Shown here piece by piece: positions 1 to 9,233 of a stretch of 62,004 nucleotides of DNA (positions within the stretch are counted from its first letter, which is position 1; every line of letters begins with the position of its first letter). The DNA lies in NCBI GenBank assembly GCA_001782015.1, contig MFNJ01000048.1, positions 1-62,004 of the forward strand. Reading direction: 5' to 3'. The position numbers were made by a program, and so were the translations under genes. The stretch comes from Candidatus Levybacteria bacterium RIFCSPHIGHO2_01_FULL_36_15. Its GTDB lineage: Bacteria > Patescibacteriota > Microgenomatia > Levybacterales > GWA1-39-11. The notes beneath the pieces are model-generated. The model was not told the DNA's origin and did no database searches. It saw nothing but the letters and a program-made list of their open reading frames with translations.

Positions 1-56
1 TCGAACCCGTCTTTTTTGCTTGGAAAGCAAATGTTGAACCGCTCAACTAATCCCGC
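1..56 (-). tRNA. tRNA-Gly(UCC), 3' end truncated by the window edge
   Basis: Reverse complement GCGGGATTAGTTGAGCGGTTCAACATTTGCTT-TCC-AAGCAAAAAAGACGGGTTCGA shows the D-arm, anticodon stem TTTGC/GCAAA and the start of the T-loop. Confidence 0.9.
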
Positions 57-79
57 GCAAATAATTCAACAATAATTTG

Positions 80-293
80 TCGGGGACAGAGGACTTGAAC
101 CTCCGACCTCACGGTCTCGGAATAATCGCTACGCGATTTTCTGAGTAAACCTTTACCCGGTAATTTTCTCTGTCGGAGACCAGGGAATTGAACCCTGTAC
201 TTCTCGGTCCCAAACCGAGCGTTCTACCGATGAACTAGTCTCCGAAAATATACCGGGCAAACCGCGCGCTCTAGCCAACTGAGCTAGTCCCCG
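80..293 (-). tRNA. tRNA-Pro-like gene interrupted in the anticodon loop by a ~140-nt structured insertion; may be spliced or may be a pseudogene
   Basis: 5' half CGGGGAC TA GCTC AGTTGGCTA GAGC G CGCGG TTTG (293-258) and 3' half GA CCGTG AGGTC GGAGG TTCAAGT CCTCT GTCCCCG A (116-80). All four stems pair, and C1-G72 with A73 matches tRNA-Pro. Confidence 0.8.
173..244 (-). tRNA. tRNA-Pro(UGG), intact, nested inside the insertion of the 80-293 tRNA
   Basis: CGGAGAC TA GTTC ATCGGTA GAAC G CTCGG TT TGG GA CCGAG AAGTA CAGGG TTCAATT CCCTG GTCTCCG A forms a complete cloverleaf. Confidence 0.92.
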
Positions 294-310
294 CTTAAAT
301 TCACATCTAT

Positions 311-319
311 ATTATAGCA
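311..319 (-). promoter_or_regulatory. extended -10 promoter for the tRNA cluster
   Basis: TGCTATAAT on the minus strand, 17 nt upstream of the outer tRNA 5' end. Confidence 0.6.
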
Positions 320-401
320 AAAATTGATACATTCTATATTTATTATTTTGAATTTATATCCGATTGGGTAAATTATTAAATAACTCATTTTAAGACTACA
401 T

Positions 402-428
402 AAAAAAAATAATCCCCTTTAGGGGGAT
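402..428 (-). terminator. intrinsic terminator
   Basis: ATCCCC-CTAAA-GGGGAT hairpin followed by TATTTTTTTT on the minus strand. Confidence 0.6.
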
Positions 429-459
429 GAAAAAAATTATTTAAAAAGCTCTCTGTCTC

Positions 460-528
460 TTAAGGCGGAGATCTGTCCATTGAATTCCAGTAAAATATGT
501 GAGTTTTATGTATTATTTGTTTATCCAT
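460..528 (-). CDS. putative 22-aa peptide MDKQIIHKTHIFYWNSMDRSPP
   Basis: Translated by hand. It ends RSPP-stop and is followed by a terminator; it is below the ORF-track size cutoff. Confidence 0.35.
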   Translation of the reverse strand: MDKQIIHKTHIFYWNSMDRSPP

Positions 529-735
529 ATCTAAAAATCTTAAATCAAGAATATTTTAGATAAATGCAAAACTATTACTATCAAAACCTCACAACTTTCC
601 CTAAACGCTTTTGGAATTTAAAATTTATAGTCTTTCGTGTGGAGCACATAATATTCTTCATATTTGGAAGTATCTTGATACTAGGGGAATATAATAAGAA
701 ATCAATAATAAAATTGTAAGAAATCGGATAGAAGA

Positions 736-1059
736 TTATTGGTCAGCAAACCAGTAATAGTAAACAACAGGTATGAGAAACAACATGATAGTCCCGGAAA
801 AAGTTAAACCTGCTATGGCACGTTTGAATGGAAGTTTTGCTTTGATATTAAGACACCTATTAGAGCAGGAAAGTGGGGTATTTGTTATGGTCACAATTAT
901 CAGAACAAAAGATAAAAGCATAGCAAGAAGTATGGATGAAACTGAATTCTGATTTTCTTCATTGACTCCGCCGGTTTTCCAAAAATATCCCGACTGAAGG
1001 TTAAGACTATCTGCAGATTTTGCAAGCTTCGCATGATGAAAATCACCAAATCCGAAGTT
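736..1059 (-). pseudogene. remnant of an RND (AcrB/AcrD/AcrF family) efflux permease C-terminus
   Basis: The open frame reads LNLQSGYFWKTGGVNEENQNSVSSILLAMLLSFVLIIVT ... AIAGLTFSGTIMLFLIPVVYYYW, resembling the TM8 and TM12 regions joined by an internal deletion. There is an in-frame stop upstream at 1060-1062. Confidence 0.6.
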
Positions 1060-1197
1060 TTAATTTTGATTTAAAACTGTAAGGCTTGATTTAATCAGGT
1101 CAGAATTAAAGATTTCAAAATATGAAATATTTGGTAAGAAAAGGCTTATAGTTTTTTTCTTACCATCCTATTACCAAATAATAATAAGGAAAACTTC

Positions 1198-1226
1198 TTT
1201 ACAAGGAATAATTGTTGTGTTATAGT
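1198..1226 (+). promoter_or_regulatory. sigma70-type promoter of the glycan operon
   Basis: TTTACA-17 nt-TATAGT with TG upstream of the -10. Confidence 0.55.
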
Positions 1227-1341
1227 AATGAATCTTACAAAATCTACCATTTTAGATACTTGCGATAATTCATCAGACTGCCCCGCTGAGTTCTACGAGT
1301 GGAGTTTTTTTATTAAAGAAACAAAAAAAACAGAGCACGTA

Positions 1342-3645
1342 ATGAACAAATTATCTGTCGTTATTCCAACCTGGAATGAAGAAAAAAACATCCAGGAATT
1401 AATAAAACAAATTGACAGCTCCCTATCAGGGTGCGGTATTGTTTATGAAATAATTTTTATTGATGACCACTCAACTGATAAAACAAGAGACGCAATTTTT
1501 TATCACGAAAAAAAATATCCCGTCAGAATGTTTTCCAAGAAGGGAAAACGGGGTAAGGCACAATCATTAATCGAAGGCTTCTCTAACGCAAAATATAATT
1601 TGATCTGCATGATTGACGCAGATCTTCAATACTCCCCAGAGTATATTCCTGAAATGCTCAAAAAAATTAACCGCAATACAGATATAGTGGTAGCTAAAAG
1701 AACAGAACAAAAAACAAGCTTACTGCGTCAAATAATAAGTAAGGCATTTTCATTATTTTTTGGCAAAATTCTTCACGGAATGCCTTATGACGTACAATCC
1801 GGTCTTAAAGTTTTCAAACGTGAAATACTTGAAAGAGTTAATCTTGATCCGTCTCCGTGGGCGTTTGACCTGGAATTTCTGGTAAAAGCGCAAAATGCGG
1901 GATACACAATAAAAAGTTCTGGAATTGTCTTTAGACCAAGATACGCGGGGAAGGAAAAAATAAATATTCTGAAGGCAAGCTTTGAAATAGGATTATCCGC
2001 CATAAAGCTTAAATTTTGCTCTCCTGAAATAGTACCTCTTCACCCCAGTACTGTAAAAAGGGAAGGGCCTGGTTTTCATTATAAAGGAAACAAATTTATT
2101 CATCATAGCCTTCTTGATCACGGGGAAAGCGCGTTCAAAAGCCTTTCAAAAAAACAATCTGTGGCTTTGGGAATTTTTGCTTTAATAACGCTTAGTGCAA
2201 TAATTCTTGACTGGCACACAACAGCAATTGCTCTTATTGCTTCTTTGTCTATTTTATACTTTTGTGATCTTTTATTTAATTTATTTTTGATCTACAAAAG
2301 CTTTTCCAAAAAACCGGAGATAAATATAAGTAAAACCGAGATAGAAAAAGTGGATGAGAATACATGGCCAACTTACACAATTTTCTGTCCGCTTTATAAA
2401 GAATGGGAAGTCCTGCCTCAATTTGTAACAGCAATTAACAGGCTAAATTATCCAAAAGACAAACTTCAGGTTTTGCTTCTGCTTGAAGAAAATGATAAAG
2501 AAACAGTACAAAAAGCTGAACTTTATAATCTTCCCTCATATTTTCAAACGGTTATTGTTCCTGATTCGCTTCCAAAAACAAAACCCAAAGCCTGTAATTA
2601 TGGCTTACAAAAGGCCCGAGGAAAATATTCAGTAGTGTATGACGCAGAAGACATTCCGGAACCAAACCAACTCAAAAAAACAGTTATAGCATTTAATAAG
2701 GCAGGCTGCCAGGTAACCTGTATTCAAGCAAAGCTTAATTTTTACAACCCGCATCAAAATATCATAACGCGTGTTTTTACTGCTGAATACTCACTGTGGT
2801 TTGATTTGGTACTAACTGGCCTGCAATCAATAAATGCTCCTATTCCGCTTGGGGGAACAAGCAATCACTTTAGAACCTCTGACTTAAAAGATGTTAAGGG
2901 CTGGGATTCGTTCAATGTAACGGAAGACTGTGACTTGGGGGTAAGACTGGTAAAAAAAGGCTACAGAACTGCAATTTTAAACTCAACTACCTATGAAGAA
3001 GCAAACAGTGACTTTGTAAACTGGTTCTGGCAAAGAACGCGCTGGATAAAAGGCTACTTGCAGACTTATCTTGTACACATGAGAAACCCGGGGGAATTTA
3101 CCAAAAATACCAAAAAAACAAATCTTATAATTTTTCAGTTGGTTGTTGGAGGAAAAGTTTTATCCATGCTTATCAATCCTTTCATGTGGATAATAACTTT
3201 CCTGTATTTTGCTACAAGATCAACTCTTGGAACTTTTATAGAATCATTTTTCCCTCCTCCCGTACTTTACGTGGGAGTTTTTTCACTTTTTATAGGAAAT
3301 TTTTTGTACATGTACTACTACATGATCGGGTGTGCGAAAAGAAAATACTTCGGGTTAATCCATTACGTTTTTCTTGTACCTTTTTATTGGCTGGGAATGA
3401 GCCTAGCGGCTTATACCGCAACTTTCAAACTGATCAAACAGCCTTATCACTGGTCAAAAACAAAACACGGATTGCATCTTGATAACGAAGACGTAATAAA
3501 GCACGCGAGAGGCATAATCGGAAGAAATCTTGTTGACAGGGAGCTTATAGATCCGGTTCCTGCTCCAGTCGTAATTCCGGGCACTTTTACATTAAAAAAA
3601 ACAAACTATTCAAAAAGGGTCTCAGAAATTGACGGAATAAGTTAA
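1342..3645 (+). CDS. two-domain GT2: DPM1-like polyprenol-phosphate glycosyltransferase plus cellulose-synthase-like processive GT2
   Basis: N-domain LSVVIPTWNE, IDDHSTD, DADLQ; C-domain YDAED, NVTEDCDLG, QRTRW and TM helices. Start moved from 1228, which abuts the -10 element. Confidence 0.85.
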   Translation: MNKLSVVIPTWNEEKNIQELIKQIDSSLSGCGIVYEIIFIDDHSTDKTRDAIFYHEKKYPVRMFSKKGKRGKAQSLIEGFSNAKYNLICMIDADLQYSPEYIPEMLKKINRNTDIVVAKRTEQKTSLLRQIISKAFSLFFGKILHGMPYDVQSGLKVFKREILERVNLDPSPWAFDLEFLVKAQNAGYTIKSSGIVFRPRYAGKEKINILKASFEIGLSAIKLKFCSPEIVPLHPSTVKREGPGFHYKGNKFIHHSLLDHGESAFKSLSKKQSVALGIFALITLSAIILDWHTTAIALIASLSILYFCDLLFNLFLIYKSFSKKPEINISKTEIEKVDENTWPTYTIFCPLYKEWEVLPQFVTAINRLNYPKDKLQVLLLLEENDKETVQKAELYNLPSYFQTVIVPDSLPKTKPKACNYGLQKARGKYSVVYDAEDIPEPNQLKKTVIAFNKAGCQVTCIQAKLNFYNPHQNIITRVFTAEYSLWFDLVLTGLQSINAPIPLGGTSNHFRTSDLKDVKGWDSFNVTEDCDLGVRLVKKGYRTAILNSTTYEEANSDFVNWFWQRTRWIKGYLQTYLVHMRNPGEFTKNTKKTNLIIFQLVVGGKVLSMLINPFMWIITFLYFATRSTLGTFIESFFPPPVLYVGVFSLFIGNFLYMYYYMIGCAKRKYFGLIHYVFLVPFYWLGMSLAAYTATFKLIKQPYHWSKTKHGLHLDNEDVIKHARGIIGRNLVDRELIDPVPAPVVIPGTFTLKKTNYSKRVSEIDGIS

Positions 3646-3649
3646 ATAT

Positions 3650-6058
3650 ATGAAAGTTTTTACAAAAAAAGTTTTAACTGGTGGAGGCATTTTACTTGCT
3701 TCGCTCATGTTTTCTAATTTATTGAATTTTATATTTAACGCCTATTTAGGACGTGTCTTAAGTTTTGAAGACTTTGGTTTAGTTACATTAATAAACACTT
3801 TATGGTATTTTGCCACTATTTTTTTGGGTGCACTGGGAATAACAATAACTCATAGAATTGCGTATATAGGTGCAACCTCCGGTAAAGAAAAAGCTGCGGG
3901 ATTTTTTATGTCTACAAAGAAAAAATCATTTTTTATAGCATTTGGAATATGTTTTTTCTGGCTTATTAGCACTCCTTTTGTTTCTCATTTTTTTGATACG
4001 AACAATATTATCCCGTTAATATTGTTTACACCTGTTATTTTATTTGGTACCCTCGTATCTGCCAACAGAGGATTTTTGCAGGGAAATTTCTATTTTATAT
4101 TTCTTGCCCTTATAACTATTATTGAATCTCTTGTAAAGCTTTTATCAACTCTTGTAATTGTTTCTCTTGGGTTTAATTTTTGGGCTTACGCCTCTATACC
4201 CATATCTGTAACCTGCGCATTTATTATTTCTCAATTAATTATTTCAAAAAAAATAAAAAAAATTGAGAAACATAACTACAGAATGCCTCTCAGGTTTTAT
4301 GTTGCAGCAGTTTTGACAGGAATCGCTACAACCGCTTTTTTAAGTATTGATGTATTCCTTGTAAAACATTTTCTTGATCCAAAAGGAGCCGGAGAGTATG
4401 CGCTTTTGTCTCTGGTTGGGAAAATGATTTATTTTTTCAGTTCGCTTTTAAACATTTTCATCGTACCGTTTGCAAGCCGCGATGAAGGTTTAAAAAATAA
4501 TCCAAATAAAAATTTCTATACAATACTTTTTGCAAGTACCGTGCTCTGTTTAATCGCGTATATTCCGATTGGCTTATTTGGAAATATTACTGTGCCAATA
4601 CTTTTTGGCACTAAAGCGTTTGTTATAGTTCCTTATTTAGCTCTTTATGGAGGTGCTATCGCACTATACAGTGTATCAAGTAAAATTATAGTTTTTCATC
4701 TATCACGACATCATTACACATTTCCTATTATATCTTTTATCTTTACATTTATTATGGCCCTAGGCGTTATAATTTATCATCAAAATATAGGTGAAATAAC
4801 AAACGTTGTGTTTATTACAAGTCTTGCGAGCTTCACGGTAACTATTTTACTTCACTTTATCCAAATAAATGAAAAGTTTCTCCTTTCTAATATTGTTGAT
4901 TTTTTCTATCTATTCAAAGGTTTGCCAAAAGTTTCTCCTGTTTTAAAGATTGACGATACTCATAAACGTATTCTTATTCTAAATTGGAGAGATACAAAAC
5001 ATAGATTTGCTGGAGGAGCAGAAGTTTACATACATGAACTTGCTAAACGCTGGGTAAGAAAAGGCCACCAAGTAACACTTTTTTGCGGAAATGATGGAAA
5101 GTCTGCCAGAAATGAAGCAATTGACGGAGTACAGGTAATAAGACGCGGGGGATTTTACTTTGTATATGTCTGGGCATTTATATATTACATAACAAAATTC
5201 AGAGGAAAATATGATGTAATTATTGACTCGCAAAACGGCGTGCCATTTTTTACACCATTTTATGCAAAAGAGCCTGTTTATTCAGTTCTTTATCATGTTC
5301 ATCAAGACGTGTTTTATAAATCCCTTCCAAAACCGCTGGCATTTGTAGCCTCAACACTTGAAAATCTTTTTATGCCCTGGGCATACAAAAAAACCAAATT
5401 TATTACAATTTCAAATTCAACTAGAGAAGAAATGAAGACAATTAACTTAACGAGTAATACAGTTGAAATTATATATCCTGGTGTTGATTTAAAAAAACTT
5501 AAACCGGGTGATAAAAGCAAAACCCCTATGGTTCTATACATGGGAAGACTTAAAAGTTATAAGTCAGTTAATATTCTTATTAAATCGTTCAGGAAAATTT
5601 TACATGTAATTCCTAATGCAAAACTCGTTATTGCAGGAGAAGGAGAAGAGTTTTTAAATCTCAGGGCGCTCGCACAAAAACTTGGAATAATAGAAAAAAT
5701 TGAATTTACTGGCAAAATAAACGAGGAAGACAAAGTTAATCTTCTTCAAAGAGCTTGGGTTTTTGTTAATCCGTCGTTTATGGAAGGGTGGGGGATTACA
5801 ACAATTGAAGCAAATGCATGCGGAACTCCTGTGGTTGCTTCTGATGTTCCGGGACTTAAAGACTCTGTAAGAAATCCGTCAACTGGATTTCTTGTTGAGT
5901 ACGGAGATTCCGATGCTTTTGCCGAAAGAATTCTTACCTTATTGAAAAATAAAGATTTAAGGTCTAAAATGTCAAAATTGTCAGTAGAATGGGCAAAAAC
6001 GCATGACTGGGAAAGCAGCGCAAACAAAGGCTTAGAAGTACTAAATATTAAAATATGA
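3650..6058 (+). CDS. Wzx-like oligosaccharide flippase fused to a GT4 glycosyltransferase
   Basis: About 12 TM helices in the N-terminal ~420 aa, then NWRD...GGAE and PSFMEGWGITTIEANACGTPVVASD. Confidence 0.85.
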   Translation: MKVFTKKVLTGGGILLASLMFSNLLNFIFNAYLGRVLSFEDFGLVTLINTLWYFATIFLGALGITITHRIAYIGATSGKEKAAGFFMSTKKKSFFIAFGICFFWLISTPFVSHFFDTNNIIPLILFTPVILFGTLVSANRGFLQGNFYFIFLALITIIESLVKLLSTLVIVSLGFNFWAYASIPISVTCAFIISQLIISKKIKKIEKHNYRMPLRFYVAAVLTGIATTAFLSIDVFLVKHFLDPKGAGEYALLSLVGKMIYFFSSLLNIFIVPFASRDEGLKNNPNKNFYTILFASTVLCLIAYIPIGLFGNITVPILFGTKAFVIVPYLALYGGAIALYSVSSKIIVFHLSRHHYTFPIISFIFTFIMALGVIIYHQNIGEITNVVFITSLASFTVTILLHFIQINEKFLLSNIVDFFYLFKGLPKVSPVLKIDDTHKRILILNWRDTKHRFAGGAEVYIHELAKRWVRKGHQVTLFCGNDGKSARNEAIDGVQVIRRGGFYFVYVWAFIYYITKFRGKYDVIIDSQNGVPFFTPFYAKEPVYSVLYHVHQDVFYKSLPKPLAFVASTLENLFMPWAYKKTKFITISNSTREEMKTINLTSNTVEIIYPGVDLKKLKPGDKSKTPMVLYMGRLKSYKSVNILIKSFRKILHVIPNAKLVIAGEGEEFLNLRALAQKLGIIEKIEFTGKINEEDKVNLLQRAWVFVNPSFMEGWGITTIEANACGTPVVASDVPGLKDSVRNPSTGFLVEYGDSDAFAERILTLLKNKDLRSKMSKLSVEWAKTHDWESSANKGLEVLNIKI

Positions 6059-7173
6059 GAATAAAATTAACAAAACTAAAAATTGCTATTTTAGATTTTG
6101 ATGACATAAAAAATCCGCTGCTTGCCGCTGGACAAGCAAAAGCAACCTTGGAAGTTGGTAAAAGACTTGCTGAAAAAGGACATAAAATTACTGTAGTTTC
6201 CTCACGTTTCCCAGGATATAAAGACAGATTTGAAAATGGAATGAAGTATATACATATTGGCTTGGGAAGCAATAACATTAGGTTAAATAATATCTTTTAT
6301 ATACTGACCTTACCTTTTTATGTAATAAAACTGAATTCTAATGTAATTATTGAGTGCTTTACTTCGCCAATATCAACATTGTTCACTCCTTTGTGGACAA
6401 AAATACCAGTTGTTGCGATTCCAACATCTTTTGAAGCAGATAGATTTTCCAGACTTTATAAACTTCCTTTTGATTTGATAGAAAAATTCGGCTGCAGATT
6501 TTACAGGTATTTTTTGCCATATACAGAAAGTCTTGATTTAAGAATGAAAAAATATAACCCTAAAATTGTTTCTAAAATAGTTCCTGAAGGGGTAGGAAAT
6601 GAGTTTTTTAAAATTAAAGCAAGGATCCCAAAACATATACTGTTTTTAGGCAGATTTGACATCAATCAAAAAGGAATAGATCTTTTACTAAAAGCCTATT
6701 CTGGGGTAGCAAAAGAGATTAAATACCCGTTGGTAATTGCTGGTAATGGTCCGGACGAACAAAAAATTAAACTTCTTATAACAAAATTAAATCTTGATAA
6801 ATATGTAAGAATGGTCGGCCCTGCGTACGGACAGAAGAAAAAGAATATTTTGTCAGAAGCTCTGTATATAGCTTTTCCCTCCAGACACGAAGGTTTTTCT
6901 CTTTTTTCCCTGGAAGCACTGGCCTCCGGCTTGCCTTTGATATGCTTTGATATTCCTGCTTTGAAATGGGCAGATAAAAGAGTTGCGCTAAAAGCAAGGC
7001 CTTTTGACGTAAAAGAGTATTCAAGATTAATAAAACTGGCCGCAAATAAAAAGTTTATTAACAGTATGCGCAAAAACACAAGAATAGTAGCCAGGAAATA
7101 CTCCTGGAGCAATGTTGCAAATGAATATGATGTTTTTCTTAAAACAATACTAAGCGATAAATATGCTAATTAA
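6055..7173 (+). CDS. GT4 glycosyltransferase
   Basis: LFLGRFDINQKGIDLL and PSRHEGFSLFSLEALASGLP. Confidence 0.9.
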   Translation: MRIKLTKLKIAILDFDDIKNPLLAAGQAKATLEVGKRLAEKGHKITVVSSRFPGYKDRFENGMKYIHIGLGSNNIRLNNIFYILTLPFYVIKLNSNVIIECFTSPISTLFTPLWTKIPVVAIPTSFEADRFSRLYKLPFDLIEKFGCRFYRYFLPYTESLDLRMKKYNPKIVSKIVPEGVGNEFFKIKARIPKHILFLGRFDINQKGIDLLLKAYSGVAKEIKYPLVIAGNGPDEQKIKLLITKLNLDKYVRMVGPAYGQKKKNILSEALYIAFPSRHEGFSLFSLEALASGLPLICFDIPALKWADKRVALKARPFDVKEYSRLIKLAANKKFINSMRKNTRIVARKYSWSNVANEYDVFLKTILSDKYAN

Positions 7174-8320
7174 ATTTTTTAAACCATACATATCAGGTAA
7201 CGAACTTAAATACATTAAGGATCTTTTTGACAATAGACTCGACCTGTCAGGTGATGGAAAGTACACAAAAATGGCTCAAGAATTTCTTGAAAAGAAATAT
7301 CATGTAAATAAAGTTTTTCTAACTACCTCTGGAACCACAGCTCTTGAACTGGCGGTAAGACTGTTGGATTTAAAACCTGGCGATGAAGTGATTGTTCCGT
7401 CATTCACTTTTTCTTCAACCGTAAATGCTATTCTGTTTTCTTACGGAGTAAAAGTGGTATTTACAGAAATACAAAAAGACACATTAAATATTGATCCGAA
7501 AGACATAAAAAGAAAGTTAAATAAAAATACAAAAGCAATAATGGTTGTTCATTACGCGGGTGTGGCGTGTGATATGGATAGGATCATGAAAACAGCAAAG
7601 GAAAGTAATCTTAAAGTTATAGAAGACGCAGCGCAAGCTATTGAGAGTAAATATAAAAATAAATATCTTGGGACAATTGGGGATTTTGGCTGCCTAAGTT
7701 TTCACGACACAAAGAATGTCACATGCGGTGAAGGAGGAGCATTGTACATTAATACTGACGATAAAAAGATAATAGAAAAAGCTGAAATAATCAGAGAAAA
7801 AGGAACAAACAGAACAAAATTTTTCAGAGGAGAAGTGGACAAATATACATGGGTTGATGTTGGATCAAGCATTCTTCCAAGTGACATACTGGCAGCATTC
7901 TTACTGGCCCAACTTGAAAGTATTGATGAAATAACAAAAAAACGTTTAAAAGCTTATAACTACTATAAAAAATTATTATCAAAATACGAAAAACACAAAA
8001 TATTTAGAATTCCGAAAATTCCTAAATACGCTATCCATAATGGGCACATATTTTATGTAATTTTTAGCTCCGAAAAAGATAGAAATTTTACAATGGATTT
8101 TCTTCGGAAAAATGGGGTACAAGCTACATTTCATTATATCCCCCTTCATTCCGCGCCACAGGGAATAAGGCTTGGATATAAAGCTTCAGATCTTAAAATT
8201 ACTGAAAACGTCAGTAAATGCGTAATGAGATTTCCCCTTTATGCTGATATGGCAAAAGAGGAAATAAAATATGTTGCAAAAGTGTTTGAAGAAGCAATGA
8301 AAAAATTACATGGAAAATAA
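7163..8320 (+). CDS. wecE: dTDP-4-amino-4,6-dideoxygalactose transaminase (DegT/DnrJ family)
   Basis: IEDAAQA, SFHDTKNVTCGEGG, REKGTNR, VDKYTWVD, FHYIPLH. Confidence 0.85.
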   Translation: MLIKFFKPYISGNELKYIKDLFDNRLDLSGDGKYTKMAQEFLEKKYHVNKVFLTTSGTTALELAVRLLDLKPGDEVIVPSFTFSSTVNAILFSYGVKVVFTEIQKDTLNIDPKDIKRKLNKNTKAIMVVHYAGVACDMDRIMKTAKESNLKVIEDAAQAIESKYKNKYLGTIGDFGCLSFHDTKNVTCGEGGALYINTDDKKIIEKAEIIREKGTNRTKFFRGEVDKYTWVDVGSSILPSDILAAFLLAQLESIDEITKKRLKAYNYYKKLLSKYEKHKIFRIPKIPKYAIHNGHIFYVIFSSEKDRNFTMDFLRKNGVQATFHYIPLHSAPQGIRLGYKASDLKITENVSKCVMRFPLYADMAKEEIKYVAKVFEEAMKKLHGK

Positions 8321-9227
8321 ATCAATATATACGGTAACAATAGGCATCCCTGCTTATAATGAAGAGGCAAATATTACAAATCTTCTTAATTCAATTCTGA
8401 GACAAAAAGAGGATGGGTACTTGATAGAAAGAATTATTGTTCTTTCTGACGCAAGCACGGATAAAACTGTGGAGAAAGTGGAAGAAATAAAAGATCCAAG
8501 AATTGAAATTCTTGATTTTAAAAAAAGAATGGGAAAATCCTACCATTTAAATACTTTCCCAAAAATAGTTAATTCTGATATTTTAGCGCTCTTTGATGCT
8601 GATGTGGTTTTAAACGGAGAAGACGTTATTAAGAAACTTATTGAGCCAATTATTAAAGAAGAAAATGTAGGTTTAGTTTCAGGAAATTTTCTACCAATCC
8701 GTGTCAAAAATTTTTTCCAACATGCAGTAAAAACCACAATCAATGTTTATGAAGTTTTGAGACAGGAATGGAAAGGCGGTCATAACGCTTTTGGTTGCAC
8801 AGGCAGAATTCAGGCCTTATCCAAACCATTTTATAAGGTACTAAAAGTGCCGCCTACTATGGTATTGAACGACATTTACACATACTTTGACTGCATTCAA
8901 AATGGATTTGAATTCAGGCACGTAAAATCAGTGAACGTATACTACCAGCTTCCAACAAATTTGAAAGACTATTTAAATCAATTCAAAAGGTTTTGTGTTG
9001 GATCAAGCCGTATGAGTAAGATATTCCAAGATCTGTACACACAAGAATATTCTATCTCCAAAAAAAGATTTTATTTATTAATGTTGAAGCAATTCACTAA
9101 TAAGCCAATACATTGTATTTTCATCTGTTTTGTAAATATCATTGGAAAGTTTATGGCAACTAGGGAATTAAAAAAAATGGACGGAAAATGGGAAGTGGTA
9201 ACTTCAACAAAAAATTTAAATAATTAG
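8310..9227 (+). CDS. GT2 glycosyltransferase
   Basis: VTIGIPAYNEE, SDASTD, DADV. Confidence 0.88.
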   Translation: MENKSIYTVTIGIPAYNEEANITNLLNSILRQKEDGYLIERIIVLSDASTDKTVEKVEEIKDPRIEILDFKKRMGKSYHLNTFPKIVNSDILALFDADVVLNGEDVIKKLIEPIIKEENVGLVSGNFLPIRVKNFFQHAVKTTINVYEVLRQEWKGGHNAFGCTGRIQALSKPFYKVLKVPPTMVLNDIYTYFDCIQNGFEFRHVKSVNVYYQLPTNLKDYLNQFKRFCVGSSRMSKIFQDLYTQEYSISKKRFYLLMLKQFTNKPIHCIFICFVNIIGKFMATRELKKMDGKWEVVTSTKNLNN

Positions 9228-9233
9228 ATTATT

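Noticed and set aside
117..257. Group I or group II intron as the explanation for the tRNA insert
   Set aside because: Only ~70 nt remain outside the nested tRNA, and no catalytic core elements are recognisable.
1228..1341. N-terminal extension of the GT2 ORF from ATG 1228
   Set aside because: The ATG lies 1 nt after the -10 box, upstream of the likely TSS, and GT2 similarity starts at 1342.
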